Positions 20,894 through 30,965 of a stretch of 64,000 bases of DNA are shown here, piece by piece. A program made the translations under genes and the position numbers. The stretch covers positions 3,392,001 through 3,456,000 of the forward strand of contig OY764159.1 of the NCBI GenBank assembly GCA_963668175.1, given 5' to 3'. Positions within the stretch are counted from its first letter, which is position 1; each line of letters starts with the position of its first letter. The notes below the pieces were generated by a model. The model was not told the DNA's origin. It ran no database searches and saw nothing but the letters and a program-made list of their open reading frames with translations. Source of the stretch: Syntrophales bacterium (GTDB taxonomy: Bacteria > Desulfobacterota > Syntrophia > Syntrophales > PHBD01).

Positions 20894-21721
20894 TCACTTC
20901 GGAGCAAGTTCGCCGTACCAGTAGGCGGCTGTGACTCCGCCATCCATGAGGAAGTCGCTGCCGGTGATGAACGCACCGTCCGGCCCCATCAGGAGAGCGC
21001 CGATTGTTCCTACTTCATCCGGCGTACCGGCGCGCCCGGCCGCTGACAATTCGATCATTCGCCGATATCCCGCTCCGCGCGGGCCGGTCAGCTCGTCTTT
21101 GGCGAGAGGCGTGACGATGATGCCGGGGCTGATCGTGTTGAGCCGTGCGCCGCGTTTGCCCCACCGCACCGCCTCGGCCATCACCCGCAACGAGTTCCCG
21201 CGTTTGGAGACTTGGTAGGCATGAAGCGGGTCCGTCATCTGGTCCGGCTGGAGCATGGGAAGAGCGAGCAACTCGTCGGCAGGTGTCGTCGCCAGCGCCT
21301 TGTTTTGTTCGGGTGTCAACGCCGGGAGGCGGTGCCCGGACTGTGAGGCGATAACGACGCCCGCTCCGTCGCGCGAGATGACGTTGCCGAATTCTTCAAG
21401 CACGAGCGCGGTACCGTATAGATCGACCTTTAGGATCGCGGCGGGCGATGCCTGTGTCGGCGAAACACCCGCGGCATGAATGATGCCGATTATGTTGCCG
21501 ATCGCCGTCGCTGTTTCGACGAGCGCGTGGACCGACTTTTGCAATGAAACATCGACTGCCGCTGTGCTCACCTCAAATCCGGCGTCACCAAGGATCTTCG
21601 CAGCCATTTCGGCGTTTTCCTGTCGCAGATCGGCCAGCAGAACGTGTTTGCCCGCACTGACTCGCCTTGCGATTGCCTGACCGATCGATCCGGCACCGAT
21701 CACTACGATAACATTCTTCAT
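20894..21721 (-). CDS. Short-chain dehydrogenase/reductase
   Basis: GAGSIG, HAAG, YQVSK, NTISPG, ITGSDFLMDGG. Confidence 0.92.
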   Translation of the reverse strand: MKNVIVVIGAGSIGQAIARRVSAGKHVLLADLRQENAEMAAKILGDAGFEVSTAAVDVSLQKSVHALVETATAIGNIIGIIHAAGVSPTQASPAAILKVDLYGTALVLEEFGNVISRDGAGVVIASQSGHRLPALTPEQNKALATTPADELLALPMLQPDQMTDPLHAYQVSKRGNSLRVMAEAVRWGKRGARLNTISPGIIVTPLAKDELTGPRGAGYRRMIELSAAGRAGTPDEVGTIGALLMGPDGAFITGSDFLMDGGVTAAYWYGELAPK

Positions 21722-21770
21722 GACAATCTCCTTCCCTGGAAATAGACTGCCCCTGCCTATTTCTTCGGCT

Positions 21771-22301
21771 TCAGGGCATCATCCCGAGTTTTTTCAGCCA
21801 ATTTTCGACGTCCTTGTCTGCCCTATCAACGTCGCCGCCTCTTATGGCCAAACCGGACAGCACTTTGGAATGCGGACAAGCTTTCCTGATGTCCCGCTCG
21901 CTGCTTCCCATTCCGCTGCCTTCATGCGTGCAATAGGGAACAACGGTCTTTCCCGAAAAATCGTAGGCCTCCAAAAACGTCAGCACCGCCATCGGCATGG
22001 TCCCCCACCAGTTCGGATACCCGATGTAGATCACATCGTAAGAATCCATGTTTTTCACTTTTTCCTGAAGCTCGGGTCTGGCATTCTTCTTCTTTTCTTC
22101 CTGTGCGACATTCGTTGCTTCCGTATAGTCCAGCGGGTAAGATTTGACCGTTCTGATCTGGAACAGGTCGCTTCCCGTTAATTTCTGCATTTTCTTTGCT
22201 ATTACTTCCGTGTTTCCAATGGGCAGGTTTACAATGCTCCCACCCACATAATTATTTCCTTTGCGTGAAAAATAAGCGATAAGGCTCTTTGACTTCGGCA
22301 T
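21771..22301 (-). CDS. Flavodoxin
   Basis: AYFSRKG, GNT, IGYPNWWG, PYCTHEGSG. Confidence 0.9.
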   Translation of the reverse strand: MPKSKSLIAYFSRKGNNYVGGSIVNLPIGNTEVIAKKMQKLTGSDLFQIRTVKSYPLDYTEATNVAQEEKKKNARPELQEKVKNMDSYDVIYIGYPNWWGTMPMAVLTFLEAYDFSGKTVVPYCTHEGSGMGSSERDIRKACPHSKVLSGLAIRGGDVDRADKDVENWLKKLGMMP

Positions 22302-22370
22302 TTATGATTCCTTTCTATGCTTCCCCATGGTCTCTGCAGGCACAACGCAAGGTACCTTTGCTTTAAGAAA

Positions 22371-23525
22371 TTATTTTAACTTGTTATATTCTTCATCGGT
22401 CACCGGCTCCAGCCATTCAGGCGATCCCGCGTGAACATTTGTCTCAATTGCCAGATGCGAAAACCAGCTGTCGGGCGCCGCACCATGCCAGTGCTTTATA
22501 TTCGGAGCGATTTGTACGACGTCACCCGGATGAAGTTCCCGGGCGGGATTTCCTTCCTCCTGATAATAACCCCGTCCACCCGTCACCAATAAAATCTGTC
22601 CGCCGGGGTGCTTATGCCAGTTGTTTCTTGCTTTCGGTTCAAATGTGACATTGCCGATCGGGCAATTGAATTGATTGTCGCGTGCAACAAGCCTGCTTAA
22701 ATATGCCGTTCCGATGAAATATTTGCTGTACTGCTCCGGAAGTCTCTCTCCTCTTGGGAAGATCGTACTCTCAGCCAGATTGTTCATGCTGAGTTCTCCT
22801 TTGATGTCCTCGCGGCCTAAAACCTTGCTCAATACCGAACTGGCATTAACGGCCTCCTTTTGGCCTACTTTAACTTCGAGAATGGCTATCAGGCTCCTCA
22901 TCTGCGCCTCTGTCAGACCTGTATTAAGCCCTACGTTGAAGTGGGACTGCAGCTGGGGATTGACTCCCTTCATATTGGCCAGGGCCGAAATGGTTGCGAT
23001 CTCTCTTTGCTGGAAATCCAGGTTATCTCGCCCGAAGATGTCTCCGAACAGGTGGCCTTTGAGGAATCGGTCGATGACGGGGGCAAACGTATAAATAGGA
23101 CCTGTTACCGGTCGTCCCACAAGGCGCGTCTGGATTTCCGTACCAAGTTCGATGCTGCTTTTTCCGGTGGGCAGGGGGTCCGATTCCCTGCCGGGATTGT
23201 CCTTGAGGCCCTGTTTCTGCCGTTCGTTAAGGACGCCCATGAAGGTGTCGATGGCATTTAAGCTGCGGGGAAACCCCGCATAGGCGTAAAGCTGCACGAG
23301 GATTTCCTTGATCTCGCTGATGGTCAAACCGGCGTCCAATCCTTCACTCAAGGCCGTTTTCAGTTTCGCAAGATCGCCATTGGCGGTGAAGGCTGCGATC
23401 GTGACGATCTTTTCCTGTTTGATGTTCAAGCCGTTGTTTTTCATAGTCCGTGCCTCCGAAATATTTGCCATGCTGAATAGTGTGAGCAATACACCAGCCA
23501 GAATTATGTAGAGCTTATTCTTCAT
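22371..23525 (-). CDS. Carboxymuconolactone decarboxylase-family / cupin fusion protein
   Basis: YAYAGFPRSLNA and HLFGDIFGRDNL (CMD repeats) plus C-terminal VTFEPKARNNWHKHPGGQ cupin. Confidence 0.88.
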   Translation of the reverse strand: MKNKLYIILAGVLLTLFSMANISEARTMKNNGLNIKQEKIVTIAAFTANGDLAKLKTALSEGLDAGLTISEIKEILVQLYAYAGFPRSLNAIDTFMGVLNERQKQGLKDNPGRESDPLPTGKSSIELGTEIQTRLVGRPVTGPIYTFAPVIDRFLKGHLFGDIFGRDNLDFQQREIATISALANMKGVNPQLQSHFNVGLNTGLTEAQMRSLIAILEVKVGQKEAVNASSVLSKVLGREDIKGELSMNNLAESTIFPRGERLPEQYSKYFIGTAYLSRLVARDNQFNCPIGNVTFEPKARNNWHKHPGGQILLVTGGRGYYQEEGNPARELHPGDVVQIAPNIKHWHGAAPDSWFSHLAIETNVHAGSPEWLEPVTDEEYNKLK

Positions 23526-23571
23526 GATATGTCCTCCCTTAAATGAATTTCCACCGGTCTTTGAGACTCCT

Positions 23572-24912
23572 TTAAGGTTGCTGCAGCTCAGGTTCTTCGA
23601 GTTTCAGATCGGCCAGACGAACAAGCTTCTGCCGGACCATCTCGATATTTTGCTTCAGGCTGAAGACCTCGTCATAGAACGCGACAGGCACGTGCAACCC
23701 GGAAATCCCCTTTTCGATTCTATCCAGCCTCGAATGATAGTCGTCGACGTCTTCCGGACGCCGATACTCCTTCAAGTCCTCTTCGAGCGACCGAAGATCC
23801 CGGTACCATCGATAATACTTCGATCGATTCTTCCAGGTATAGAGCCAGGGAAGGATGCTGATGAGTGGGATCAGCACTACGCCGGACGAGATCAGGACGA
23901 GCAGCATCCGGTCGATGAAGGTCGCCGCCCAGAAAGGCAGATAGCCATGCAGCCAGGAACCTCCCGTTCGGTAGTACCGTTGCGCTTGCTCGCTTATGGG
24001 GAAATCCTGCGTCTTCGGCATAGGGAATTCCCCTGCCCTGTGATCCCATCCGACCCCTCCGTGAATCTCGGTGGCGGCCCTCAGTAGAAGGTAAACCAAG
24101 GCCGGATGCATGTCCTTGCGCGCAAGCAGGTTCGCCGCGGGGGCTAGTAGGTGGATATCGGCGGCCGGGTAGCGCTTCGCCGGGTCAAACACCCCTTTTG
24201 GAATGACTACGTGGGAAAGGTGGGGGAAGAATCTCGTATAGGCCTCGGCCTGGGAGAGGCTCATGAGTTTTACTCCCGGCGTTGCGAGAAGATCCTGAAC
24301 AAGTTCACTGTCCGCAGCGCTGGAGGTTAGGACCGCGTCCACTTTACCTGCCTTTAATGCCTTCGCCGCCTCGGGATTTGGGTACTCGTGCAGGATCGTC
24401 GGCGGTATTGAAACACCCGCTGCCTTAAGCAAATCTAACGAAATTTTACGTACACCGCTCCCTTCCGGACCGATGCTGATACGTTTGCCCCGAAGCTGTG
24501 ACAGGTCGTCCAAGGTCTCTTTATCGCGATAGAAGATCCACACGGGCGTATAGAAGACGCTGCCTAAAGAGACGAGGTTTGAAGGAGTTTCCACCTTCCC
24601 CATGCCGTCCTGCACGAAACCCGCATCTATGGCCTGCGATGTGTCAAGGAGGCGCTGAAGATTCTCCATGGAACCCGTCGAAGGAAGCGGTTTCAGATCA
24701 ACCCCATATCGTGCAAAAAACTGCCGGTATCGTTCTCCGAATACGACGGTTGACCCTCCGGTCATTCCTGTGGACAACGTAAGCGTCTTCGGCGGCATGG
24801 GCTGAAGGAAATTATACCGTGCCCAGCCGATGAGAAGGATAACAAGTATTACCGTCAGCAATATCAGGATGGCGGTTTTCGGGGTCAGCTCCCGTATCTT
24901 GTTTTGGCGCAT
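23572..24912 (-). CDS. TAXI-family TRAP solute-binding protein, membrane-anchored at both ends
   Basis: STGSMENL, DAGFVQDG, LRGKRISIGPEGSG; C-terminal TM and coiled region. Confidence 0.8.
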   Translation of the reverse strand: MRQNKIRELTPKTAILILLTVILVILLIGWARYNFLQPMPPKTLTLSTGMTGGSTVVFGERYRQFFARYGVDLKPLPSTGSMENLQRLLDTSQAIDAGFVQDGMGKVETPSNLVSLGSVFYTPVWIFYRDKETLDDLSQLRGKRISIGPEGSGVRKISLDLLKAAGVSIPPTILHEYPNPEAAKALKAGKVDAVLTSSAADSELVQDLLATPGVKLMSLSQAEAYTRFFPHLSHVVIPKGVFDPAKRYPAADIHLLAPAANLLARKDMHPALVYLLLRAATEIHGGVGWDHRAGEFPMPKTQDFPISEQAQRYYRTGGSWLHGYLPFWAATFIDRMLLVLISSGVVLIPLISILPWLYTWKNRSKYYRWYRDLRSLEEDLKEYRRPEDVDDYHSRLDRIEKGISGLHVPVAFYDEVFSLKQNIEMVRQKLVRLADLKLEEPELQQP

Positions 24913-24943
24913 AACAGAACCTCGACTAAAGACCTTCTCTCAA

Positions 24944-25564
24944 TTAACGCAATTCCACAGAGAGTTTAGGGTAAGGAGAAGTATCCAAAATTGACGCTAT
25001 GGCTTTTCCCAGCCAGGCAATCGTTTGCCCAAGGTGGCTCATATTCCGCATACCTTCGTCGTCGTTAAGCACTTCTCCTTTTAAACATCCTATTCCCATG
25101 TTCCAGTACAAAGAACCGGGGACAATCATCGAAGATATCTGAAACATGTGATTGATTGTGTCAAAAGCATGCGTTGCGCCACCACGTCGGGCCGCCACGA
25201 CTGCGGCGCCGATCTTCCCGCTGAATGCACCGCGGTTCGCCAGTGCCACAAATCCTGCCCGATCGATCAGCGCCTTCATCTCAGGGGTTACATCAGCGAA
25301 ATAAGTCGGTGAGCCGAGGATAATGGCATCGGCAGCGAACATCTGTTCAAGATAATCGTTGATAAAATCATCCTCGATAGCGCAACGCCCGTTCTGCTTT
25401 TCGACACACTTCAGGCAGGCAATACAACCCCGTACATTTTTGCCACCAATTCGTCGGTACTCGGTGTGCCAGCTGGCAGATTCGAGCGGCTCAAGTACTT
25501 TTTTGAGCAGGATTTCCGTATTACCGCCTGATCTGGGGCTTCCGTTTATCGCTATTGCTTTCAA
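24944..25564 (-). CDS. Iron-sulfur flavoprotein / NADPH-dependent FMN reductase family
   Basis: INGSPRSGGNT, CIACLKC...C, GSPTYFADVT, RRGG. Confidence 0.9.
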   Translation of the reverse strand: MKAIAINGSPRSGGNTEILLKKVLEPLESASWHTEYRRIGGKNVRGCIACLKCVEKQNGRCAIEDDFINDYLEQMFAADAIILGSPTYFADVTPEMKALIDRAGFVALANRGAFSGKIGAAVVAARRGGATHAFDTINHMFQISSMIVPGSLYWNMGIGCLKGEVLNDDEGMRNMSHLGQTIAWLGKAIASILDTSPYPKLSVELR

Positions 25565-25657
25565 ATTACTTTCCTCTATTATCTTTGTAAGTGATAGACC
25601 TGATTATGGATTCGGTTAATTCCCGTCCTTTGAAGGCGCTTCGTGTATGGTCGCTGC

Positions 25658-26896
25658 TTAAAGCGCCATGCGCAGCACTTCAATGATATCCGTCTCACTC
25701 ATGGGTGGTCGCCCGGGGAGGCGTCCCTCATTGTCGTGGACGATGCGAATCGTGTCCTGGGCATATCGCTCGAACATCGCATCGTCGATGCCGAGTTGAG
25801 ATAGGCGAGTCGGACAGCCGATGGAGCGCAGAAATTTCTCGAAACGATCTATACCTTCCCGGGCACAATCGGAATCCTCGGGTTCCATAGCCGACTGCCC
25901 GAAGATTCGCCGCGAGAACTGCGCAAAACGGTCTGGCCTTACCTTGGCGGCAAAGCGCATCCAGGCCGGGTTGAGTACTGCCAGCCCTGCCCCGTGCGTG
26001 ACATCGTGGTGGGCCGATAATACATGCTCAATCATGTGTACCGGGTACGATGCGGCTATTCCGACCTGTACCCATCCGTTAAGAGCCACTACGGAAGCCC
26101 ACTGAACCTGGGCGCGTGCTTCGAGATTGCTTCCGTCTGCCACAGCTTTTGGACCCCATTCCAAAGCGGTTTGGATGACGCCTTCGGCGAAGCGGTCTTG
26201 TAACGGTGTTCCATTGATACCGTTGAAGTAGCCCTCTGTCACGTGGGTAATCAGATCGCAAACGCCATACGCCGTTTGATCCCGTGGAACGCTCAATGTC
26301 AGCTCGGGATCCACCAGTGCGACGCGCGGGTAGAGGCATTCAGCGATTACAAATGACTTTTCGCTCGTATGCTCGTTGGTAATAACGGCGCCATTGTTCA
26401 TCTCCGAGCCGGTAGCGGCCAGCGTTGGCACAGTGATGATGGGAAGAGCTCTCGTCGGGGGGTGCGGCGTATCCTGACCGTGGTGGATCATATCCCATGG
26501 ATCGCCCTCGTGGAATACGGCCGCCGCCATTGCTTTGGCCGCGTCCATTGTACTGCCGCCGCCCAGACCGATAACCACATCGCAATTCTCGTTGCGGGCG
26601 ATCTGAGCGCCGCGAATGACAGATGACAGTCGTGGATTGGGTTCGACGCCTGAACATTCTACAATTGAGACACCTGCAGCCGTCAGACTCGATACCGCTT
26701 GCTCAAAAGTTCCGCTGCGTTTTACGCTGCCGCCGCCCGTAACAATCAAGGCGCGCATGCCATATGTTTGCGCAACTTCGCCAAGACGAGATAACCCACC
26801 GGCAGCGAAAATAAGGCGGGTCGGATTCTGGAATTCAAACTGCATGATTTCCGCGTTCGGAAGTGTTCCTTCATGAAGTTTATTTCTTTCTGCCAT
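25658..26896 (-). CDS. Iron-containing alcohol dehydrogenase (YqhD/butanol dehydrogenase-like)
   Basis: NPTRLIF, GVEPNP, GGGSTMD, TLAATGSEMN, HMIEH...HGAGL. Confidence 0.92.
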   Translation of the reverse strand: MAERNKLHEGTLPNAEIMQFEFQNPTRLIFAAGGLSRLGEVAQTYGMRALIVTGGGSVKRSGTFEQAVSSLTAAGVSIVECSGVEPNPRLSSVIRGAQIARNENCDVVIGLGGGSTMDAAKAMAAAVFHEGDPWDMIHHGQDTPHPPTRALPIITVPTLAATGSEMNNGAVITNEHTSEKSFVIAECLYPRVALVDPELTLSVPRDQTAYGVCDLITHVTEGYFNGINGTPLQDRFAEGVIQTALEWGPKAVADGSNLEARAQVQWASVVALNGWVQVGIAASYPVHMIEHVLSAHHDVTHGAGLAVLNPAWMRFAAKVRPDRFAQFSRRIFGQSAMEPEDSDCAREGIDRFEKFLRSIGCPTRLSQLGIDDAMFERYAQDTIRIVHDNEGRLPGRPPMSETDIIEVLRMAL

Positions 26897-27162
26897 CTTT
26901 TATTTCTCCTTCCGTCGATAAGAGACTCTTTAGAACCACCCTTCGTATCCATTGGCGGTATGATCGACGAGTGGCCTCTATAAACCGCCCGAAGCTCAAA
27001 TATGTCCTGAGCCTCTTTTATTTGTATCCTACTCTTGAAAAAATGAATGGGGTAGACCGATTCTGCTTAATTCTTGCCTAATCGTCCAATATGTAAAAAA
27101 TGTGTTGTGAAATGGAATTAAGTTCGGGTAAGATCAGTGAAACTAGAAAAGAGGAAAATACC

Positions 27163-28098
27163 ATGAATAAAAAGAAGATTATTGCGGCGCATGAAGTCGA
27201 TGATCTCCATAGTGCACGAGCGGCCCTGGCAGAGAGGATTGCCCGATGGACCAAGGGGAAAGACCAACCGGATACTGCGATTCCGGATCTTACGCTTCGC
27301 CAGTGGGAAGGACCCACAGAACCGACAAGCTATATGCACGAGTCAAGCATCTGCTTGATCGCGCAGGGAGCCAAACGCGTACTGCTTGGAGAGGAAACAT
27401 ACGTTTATGACGCACACCACTTTCTGATCACGTCCGTGGATCTGCCTGTAATGGCGCAGGTCATCGAAGCGAGTAAGGAAAAACCTTACCTGGGATTGAA
27501 GTTGAAGCTTGATCAGCGTGCTATCGCGCAATTGATGGTAGACAGCAATCTTCCTTTACCCCGTATGCAGCAGGCGGGCCGGGGACTGGCCGTCAGCGAG
27601 GTTTCGTTGCCCCTGCTTAGCGCTTTCAAGCGGTTGATTGATTTACTGGACGCGCCGGATGACATCCCCATCCTTGCACCGTTAATTCAGCGGGAAATCC
27701 TATACCGTTTACTGATGGGCGAACAGGGGCCGCGTCTCCGGCAAATCGGCGCCACGGGTAGCCGTAGTCATCAAGTCGCGAGGGCGATCGACTGGCTGAA
27801 AGTCAATTATTCCGAGCCGCTTCGTGTCGATGATCTGGCGGCTTATGCAAGGATGAGCACATCCAGTTTCCATCACCATTTCCGTGAATTGACGGCCATG
27901 AGCCCGTTGCAGTTCCAGAAATGGCTGCGGCTGCACGAAGCCAGGCTTATGATGCTGACGGATCATGTGGATGCGGCGACTGCGGCATTCAATGTCGGCT
28001 ATGAGAGTCCCTCCCAGTTTAGCAGGGAGTACAGCCGTCTGTTTGGGGCGCCTCCTTTGCGCGACATTAAGAGCTTGAACGAAATGGCTGCCGGCTGA
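27163..28098 (+). CDS. AraC-family regulator (YqhC-like), divergent from the oxidoreductase cluster
   Basis: AraC N-terminal domain CLIAQGAK; SPLQFQKWLRL and VGYESPSQFSREYSRLFG; likely ATG at 27163. Confidence 0.92.
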   Translation: MNKKKIIAAHEVDDLHSARAALAERIARWTKGKDQPDTAIPDLTLRQWEGPTEPTSYMHESSICLIAQGAKRVLLGEETYVYDAHHFLITSVDLPVMAQVIEASKEKPYLGLKLKLDQRAIAQLMVDSNLPLPRMQQAGRGLAVSEVSLPLLSAFKRLIDLLDAPDDIPILAPLIQREILYRLLMGEQGPRLRQIGATGSRSHQVARAIDWLKVNYSEPLRVDDLAAYARMSTSSFHHHFRELTAMSPLQFQKWLRLHEARLMMLTDHVDAATAAFNVGYESPSQFSREYSRLFGAPPLRDIKSLNEMAAG

Positions 28099-28474
28099 CG
28101 GATCATATTTACTTATAAATCATCAATAGCTCCACAGAAGCTTGAACGTTTGGGAACTTTGGCGTGAGAAGAACCTTTCTTGTCCGATTATCCAAACCTT
28201 CGGGCATGCGAGCGCGCAATAATCACTCACTGAATAATATCGTAAAGTAAAGGCAACAGAACGCGTCCTGATGGTACTTAGTAGCGGACTGACAAGTCTG
28301 TTCAGTAGTGTTGTGTCTTAGCATCGCTTTGACGATTTTTGTGGCTGGGATACAAATATATACTGATATAATCAGAATTTGTGCTATATTAAATAAGTTA
28401 TTCCTTCAAATACCTTGAAGACAAAGAATTTGTCACTCTTACGCTGAATATCAACTTTATCCGATGATAAGAGG

Positions 28475-30178
28475 TTGAAAATGGACCAGGGAATTTCAGA
28501 GAAAATAAGAGCAAACGGCATGAGTCCCGAAAATATGTCCGGTTTAAAAGATGACGACTCTTTTTACGGAACTATAACGAATAACATGCAAATCGGGGTA
28601 TACATTGTCCAGAGCAGAAAAATCAAGTTTGCCAACCAGCACATTTCAAAATATTCCTCCTATTCGGAAGCTGAATTGCTCGGTTCCGATATCAGTAAAT
28701 TTATTCATCCCGAAGATAGGCCGGATGTTCGTCTGACGGCTATAGCGATGCTTAAAGGTCATCACAAAGCGCCATATGAATTTAGAATCATCGATAAACA
28801 CGGAAAAGTGAAATGGTTGATGGAATCCGTATCTTCCATAATCTACAAAGGCAAAAGAGCGGTCCTTGGTAATACAATGGAAGTTACAGAGGTTAAAGAG
28901 GCGAGATACAAATTGCAGCAGCAAAAGAGCCTCGAAGCAACGATCCTTAAATCGGTGCCGCATGCTTTATTCGGAGTCGAAAACAGGCAGATATTTTTTG
29001 CCAATGAATCGATGGAAAGGATGTTCGGTTGGAACCAGGATGAATTGATTGGAAAAAGTACAAGAATCTTATTCCGGTCCGATACGGAATGGCTCGATTA
29101 CGGGAGGCTTCTGTATTCCGCATTGGAAAAGCAGGACTGCTACATATTCGAGTGGCAGATGCCGTTTGTACGCAAGGACGGAAAAGAGATGATTTGCCGC
29201 ATGAGCGTCGCCAGGATCGGGGAAAGATTGAGCGAAAATAAGAGAATTGTGGCGACGTTTGAAGATATCACGGAAATCAAGAGAGCTGAACAGGCGCTAC
29301 GGGATTCTCAGCAGCGCTTGGCCGAAATTATCGAGTTCCTGCCGGACGCCACTTTCGCAATCAATGTGGAAGGAAGACTGATCGCCTGGAATCGGGCTGC
29401 CGAAGACCTTACGGGAGTTAAAGCTCAAGATGTACTCGGAAAGGGTAATTATGAATACTCGCTGCCGTTCTGGAAACAGAGAAGACCCATGGCGATTAAT
29501 TTGGTCATGGAGTCGAATGAAAAATATGAAAACGTCTATTCCATGGTGCGAAGATCGGAGAACCTTTTAATCGTCGAGGCAGAAATTCCCCACTTCGGCA
29601 GGATGAGCGCGAATGCCTATCTTTGGTGCAAAGCGAGCCCGCTCTACGACAGCAACGGCGTCGTCACGGGCGCAATTGAGGTGATTCGGGACATTACTGA
29701 CAGGAAAATATCCGAAGATGCATTGAAAAAAAGAGAGCAGGACCTAGCGATTAAATCGCATGAACTGGAAGAGCTCAATACGGCATTGAAAGTGCTTTTG
29801 AAAAGGGGAGACGAAGACAAGAGAGAGATTGAGAACAGTATTTTGAAGAATGTCAGGGAACTCGTTCTTCCCTATATCGAAGAGCTGAAGGACAGAAAAC
29901 TGGACAATATCAGTACCGTGAATCTCTCCATCCTGGAATCGAATCTGAGAAATATCGTTTCGCCTTTCGGCCATAAGTTGTCCGCCAAATTTGCCGATCT
30001 CACCAATAGAGAAGTGAAGGTTGCCAACTTAATAAAAGAGGGAAAATCATCGAAGGAAATGGCGCAAATGCTTAATATCACCGAAAGTGCCATCAATATT
30101 TACCGATATCGGTTAAGGAAAAAGCTCGGCCTGAAAAGAACGGATAATCTTAAATTATTTCTCTCCTCAATCGACTGA
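28475..30178 (+). CDS. Triple-PAS LuxR-type HTH regulator
   Basis: Three PAS/PAC repeats ending in EVTE, DITE and DITD; C-terminal LTNREVKVANLIKEGKSSKEMA HTH. Confidence 0.88.
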   Translation: MKMDQGISEKIRANGMSPENMSGLKDDDSFYGTITNNMQIGVYIVQSRKIKFANQHISKYSSYSEAELLGSDISKFIHPEDRPDVRLTAIAMLKGHHKAPYEFRIIDKHGKVKWLMESVSSIIYKGKRAVLGNTMEVTEVKEARYKLQQQKSLEATILKSVPHALFGVENRQIFFANESMERMFGWNQDELIGKSTRILFRSDTEWLDYGRLLYSALEKQDCYIFEWQMPFVRKDGKEMICRMSVARIGERLSENKRIVATFEDITEIKRAEQALRDSQQRLAEIIEFLPDATFAINVEGRLIAWNRAAEDLTGVKAQDVLGKGNYEYSLPFWKQRRPMAINLVMESNEKYENVYSMVRRSENLLIVEAEIPHFGRMSANAYLWCKASPLYDSNGVVTGAIEVIRDITDRKISEDALKKREQDLAIKSHELEELNTALKVLLKRGDEDKREIENSILKNVRELVLPYIEELKDRKLDNISTVNLSILESNLRNIVSPFGHKLSAKFADLTNREVKVANLIKEGKSSKEMAQMLNITESAINIYRYRLRKKLGLKRTDNLKLFLSSID

Positions 30179-30391
30179 TCTTTTGGTAAACAGAGTTTCT
30201 TGACACAGGTGTAAAGACTGTCGGAAGTTACGACTTTCTTCCTGTAAGCTGTGCTTTACACGCCCTGCCGAAGGGTGAATCTTTTTAAGCGTAATCCACA
30301 AAAAACACCCCGGCATGGAAAACGATTTTCCGCGTATTACGACGATTGGTCTAGATATTGTTAGGCAGCACACATAAATAAGGGGGAAAGC

Positions 30392-30742
30392 ATGTCGGAA
30401 GAACGTTTTGCACACACGCCAGAGCCGCCTTATTACTCAGTAATCTTTGCTTCACAGCGGACGGATAAGGAGAATGGCTACGTTGAGATGGCTAACATGC
30501 TCGTTCAGCTTGCCAAAGAACAACCAGGCTTTCTTGGGGTTGAATTCGCACGCGATGCATCCGGCTTCGGCATCACTGTCTCATATTGGAAGAACCTCGA
30601 TTCAATTTCCCAGTGGAAGGTACAAGCCAACCATGCTCAAGCGCAGAGGCTCGGCAAGTGCGACTGGTATCAAGGCTTTGAGTTGCGCATTGCCAAAGTC
30701 GAGCGTGCCTACAACTTCCGGGTCGAGGCAAGTAATGCATAG
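30392..30742 (+). CDS. Antibiotic biosynthesis monooxygenase (ABM) family protein
   Basis: TPEPPYYSVIF, QPGFLG, GITVSYW...W....H..AQ..G...WY. Confidence 0.88.
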   Translation: MSEERFAHTPEPPYYSVIFASQRTDKENGYVEMANMLVQLAKEQPGFLGVEFARDASGFGITVSYWKNLDSISQWKVQANHAQAQRLGKCDWYQGFELRIAKVERAYNFRVEASNA

Positions 30743-30762
30743 CAGCGTTCACAAGCCTCGTT

Positions 30763-30831
30763 GCCTAACTGGACGTTCAACCCGGACATCACATGCTGCG
30801 CACGTTGCGCCAGCTAACTAAGGCGTTATGC
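30763..30831 (+). repeat. attC recombination site
   Basis: R'' GCCTAAC, L'' GTTCAAC, imperfect central hairpin, L' GCTAAC, R' GTTATGC. Confidence 0.75.
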
Positions 30832-30965
30832 TCTATTTCAATCGAAAACAATCAATCGCTGATCAAAAATAAAAATATCTTAATCCTTATAGGTGTTCTC
30901 AATGACCTTAACCAAGCTTAGTTGGACACGGTATATCAAGTCAAGTATAGGTCAGGACAACGGAT

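Larger units (their letters stand above)
30360..30831 (+). mobile_element. Integron gene cassette (solo; no integrase in the window)
   Basis: GTTAGGC core site at 30360 is complementary to GCCTAAC at 30763; one compact gene between them. Confidence 0.75.
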
